A stretch of DNA of 32,000 nt. It comes from Zestosphaera tikiterensis. Lineage in GTDB: Archaea > Thermoproteota > Thermoprotei_A > Sulfolobales > NBVN01. The notes under the pieces are model-generated. The model was not told the DNA's origin and did no database searches. It saw only the letters and a program-made list of their open reading frames with translations. The stretch's first letter is position 1. Every line of letters starts with the position of its first letter. The stretch lies in assembly GCA_003056265.1 (NCBI GenBank), contig NBVN01000007.1:1-32000 (forward strand), written 5' to 3'. The translations under genes and the position numbers were made by a program. Of the stretch, positions 31,155-32,000 are shown piece after piece.

Positions 31155-31979
31155 GAGATACTCCTCTAGGAAAAGGGCCGACATAACAACTTTATCACCT
31201 ACAGCTACCTTTATCACTCTGTCTGTATACTTCTTATAATACCATACAATGCCATCAATTAGAGCTATGCCCTTTATTTTTACTCCTTTCATGACTCTCA
31301 GCATCTCCTCCATTTTTTCAACGAAGTTAAGTGTATTGCCTAGGTCTCTGTTTTGGGATCCACCTGGCGTGCTCAGAAACCTTGCCTCACCCACTATATA
31401 GATATCTTTAACTTTAGCTATTACATCGCGATTAAAGAACCCCTGTTCTGGTTCTTTTAGTCCAAGTCTATTCTTTATGAAATCTGCTATTGATTCATCT
31501 GAACCTGCGTAAATACATATTTCATTGCTCCTACATTCTAGTAGCTGATTTGGATTGTTTACAACGTTAAAAGGCTCTTTTCTAAACTTTCTATTTATCC
31601 ACTCCTTGAACTTCGCTCCAAGCATTCGGTTTATATCTTTAGGTCTTTCTACTCCTCTTATTATGTTGTCTAGACCCAGAGAAGCTGTGGCCTCGGCTAA
31701 TATCCTAATAATTTGAGGGTTACAACTTATGACCTTTTTACGATTAGAATCTCCTAAGTGACGCAATAGAGCTGCATAAGGATGTTCTATAGGGAATGGA
31801 TAATCCTTTAAACTAATTAGAAGAGTAACTAAATCTTCGTATTTTTCGCTTTGATAGAGACGTACTATCTGGTTCTTAACGTTATTTGGAAGAGGCCTTT
31901 CAGGAGGAAGTTCTGCAGGATAAATCTCAAGCAATTTATCAAGATAATTGCTTTTCTGAGCTAATTCCCATGTTTTCAA
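31116..31979 (-). CDS. Putative type II restriction endonuclease partner. The N-terminus may extend past the window end.
   Basis: It is convergent with the methyltransferase, and their 3' ends overlap by 39 nt. The sequence DIYIVGEARFLSTPGGSQNRD is a plausible PD-(D/E)xK-like core. From memory it resembles the E-x-x-F-x-S-x-x-G-S region of DpnII/MboI-type enzymes, but this is unverified. The track start is a TTG, and the frame stays open upstream to position 32000. Confidence 0.55.
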   Translation of the reverse strand: MKTWELAQKSNYLDKLLEIYPAELPPERPLPNNVKNQIVRLYQSEKYEDLVTLLISLKDYPFPIEHPYAALLRHLGDSNRKKVISCNPQIIRILAEATASLGLDNIIRGVERPKDINRMLGAKFKEWINRKFRKEPFNVVNNPNQLLECRSNEICIYAGSDESIADFIKNRLGLKEPEQGFFNRDVIAKVKDIYIVGEARFLSTPGGSQNRDLGNTLNFVEKMEEMLRVMKGVKIKGIALIDGIVWYYKKYTDRVIKVAVGDKVVMSALFLEEYLLDTFEELSQPFR

Positions 31980-32000
31980 CGTCCATGGATTAAGCCTATC

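Overview
The window looks archaeal and crenarchaeal (Thermoprotei-like). The evidence is an Orc1/Cdc6 gene with an ORB-type inverted repeat, TATA-like boxes about 25-40 nt upstream of start codons, a 24-nt CRISPR repeat ending in GAAAG, and K/E/I/V/Y-rich thermophile-style proteins. The organism call is inference.

There are two parts.

(1) Positions 1 to about 5900 hold housekeeping-like genes and a very clear replication origin. The orc1/cdc6 gene (3237-4277) is followed 3 nt later by a perfect 28-bp inverted repeat (4280-4307 and 4729-4756). This repeat brackets a 93-nt stretch of pure A/T. TTGATAAGCTTATCAA palindromes lie nearby.

(2) Positions about 6000-32000 form a mosaic accessory or defence-type region. 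It contains:
- a GAAAATCTA iteron-like, hairpin-rich non-coding block
- a decayed transposase-like gene
- an AT-rich membrane-protein islet
- a three-gene membrane/surface-glycoprotein operon
- an RNA-ligase-like nucleotidyltransferase
- a wHTH / HExxH-protein / DUF218 operon with a 20-bp perfect palindromic operator candidate
- a fused MNT-HEPN protein preceded by a 43-bp perfect palindrome
- a serine recombinase
- an uncharacterised six-gene operon (Rad50-like zinc-hook ATPase, classic AAA+ ATPase and four ORFans)
- a cas-less five-repeat CRISPR mini-array with unusually long spacers, plus a divergent solitary repeat
- an M48 metallopeptidase
- a beta-class N6/N4 DNA methyltransferase with a convergent putative restriction endonuclease

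An inverted pair of about 85-bp repeats (6415-6500 and 26362-26446) brackets about 20 kb of this block.

The best candidate for a previously undescribed system is the 19892-25204 operon. All functional calls rest on motifs read by eye. No database search was possible. No tRNA or rRNA gene was found.
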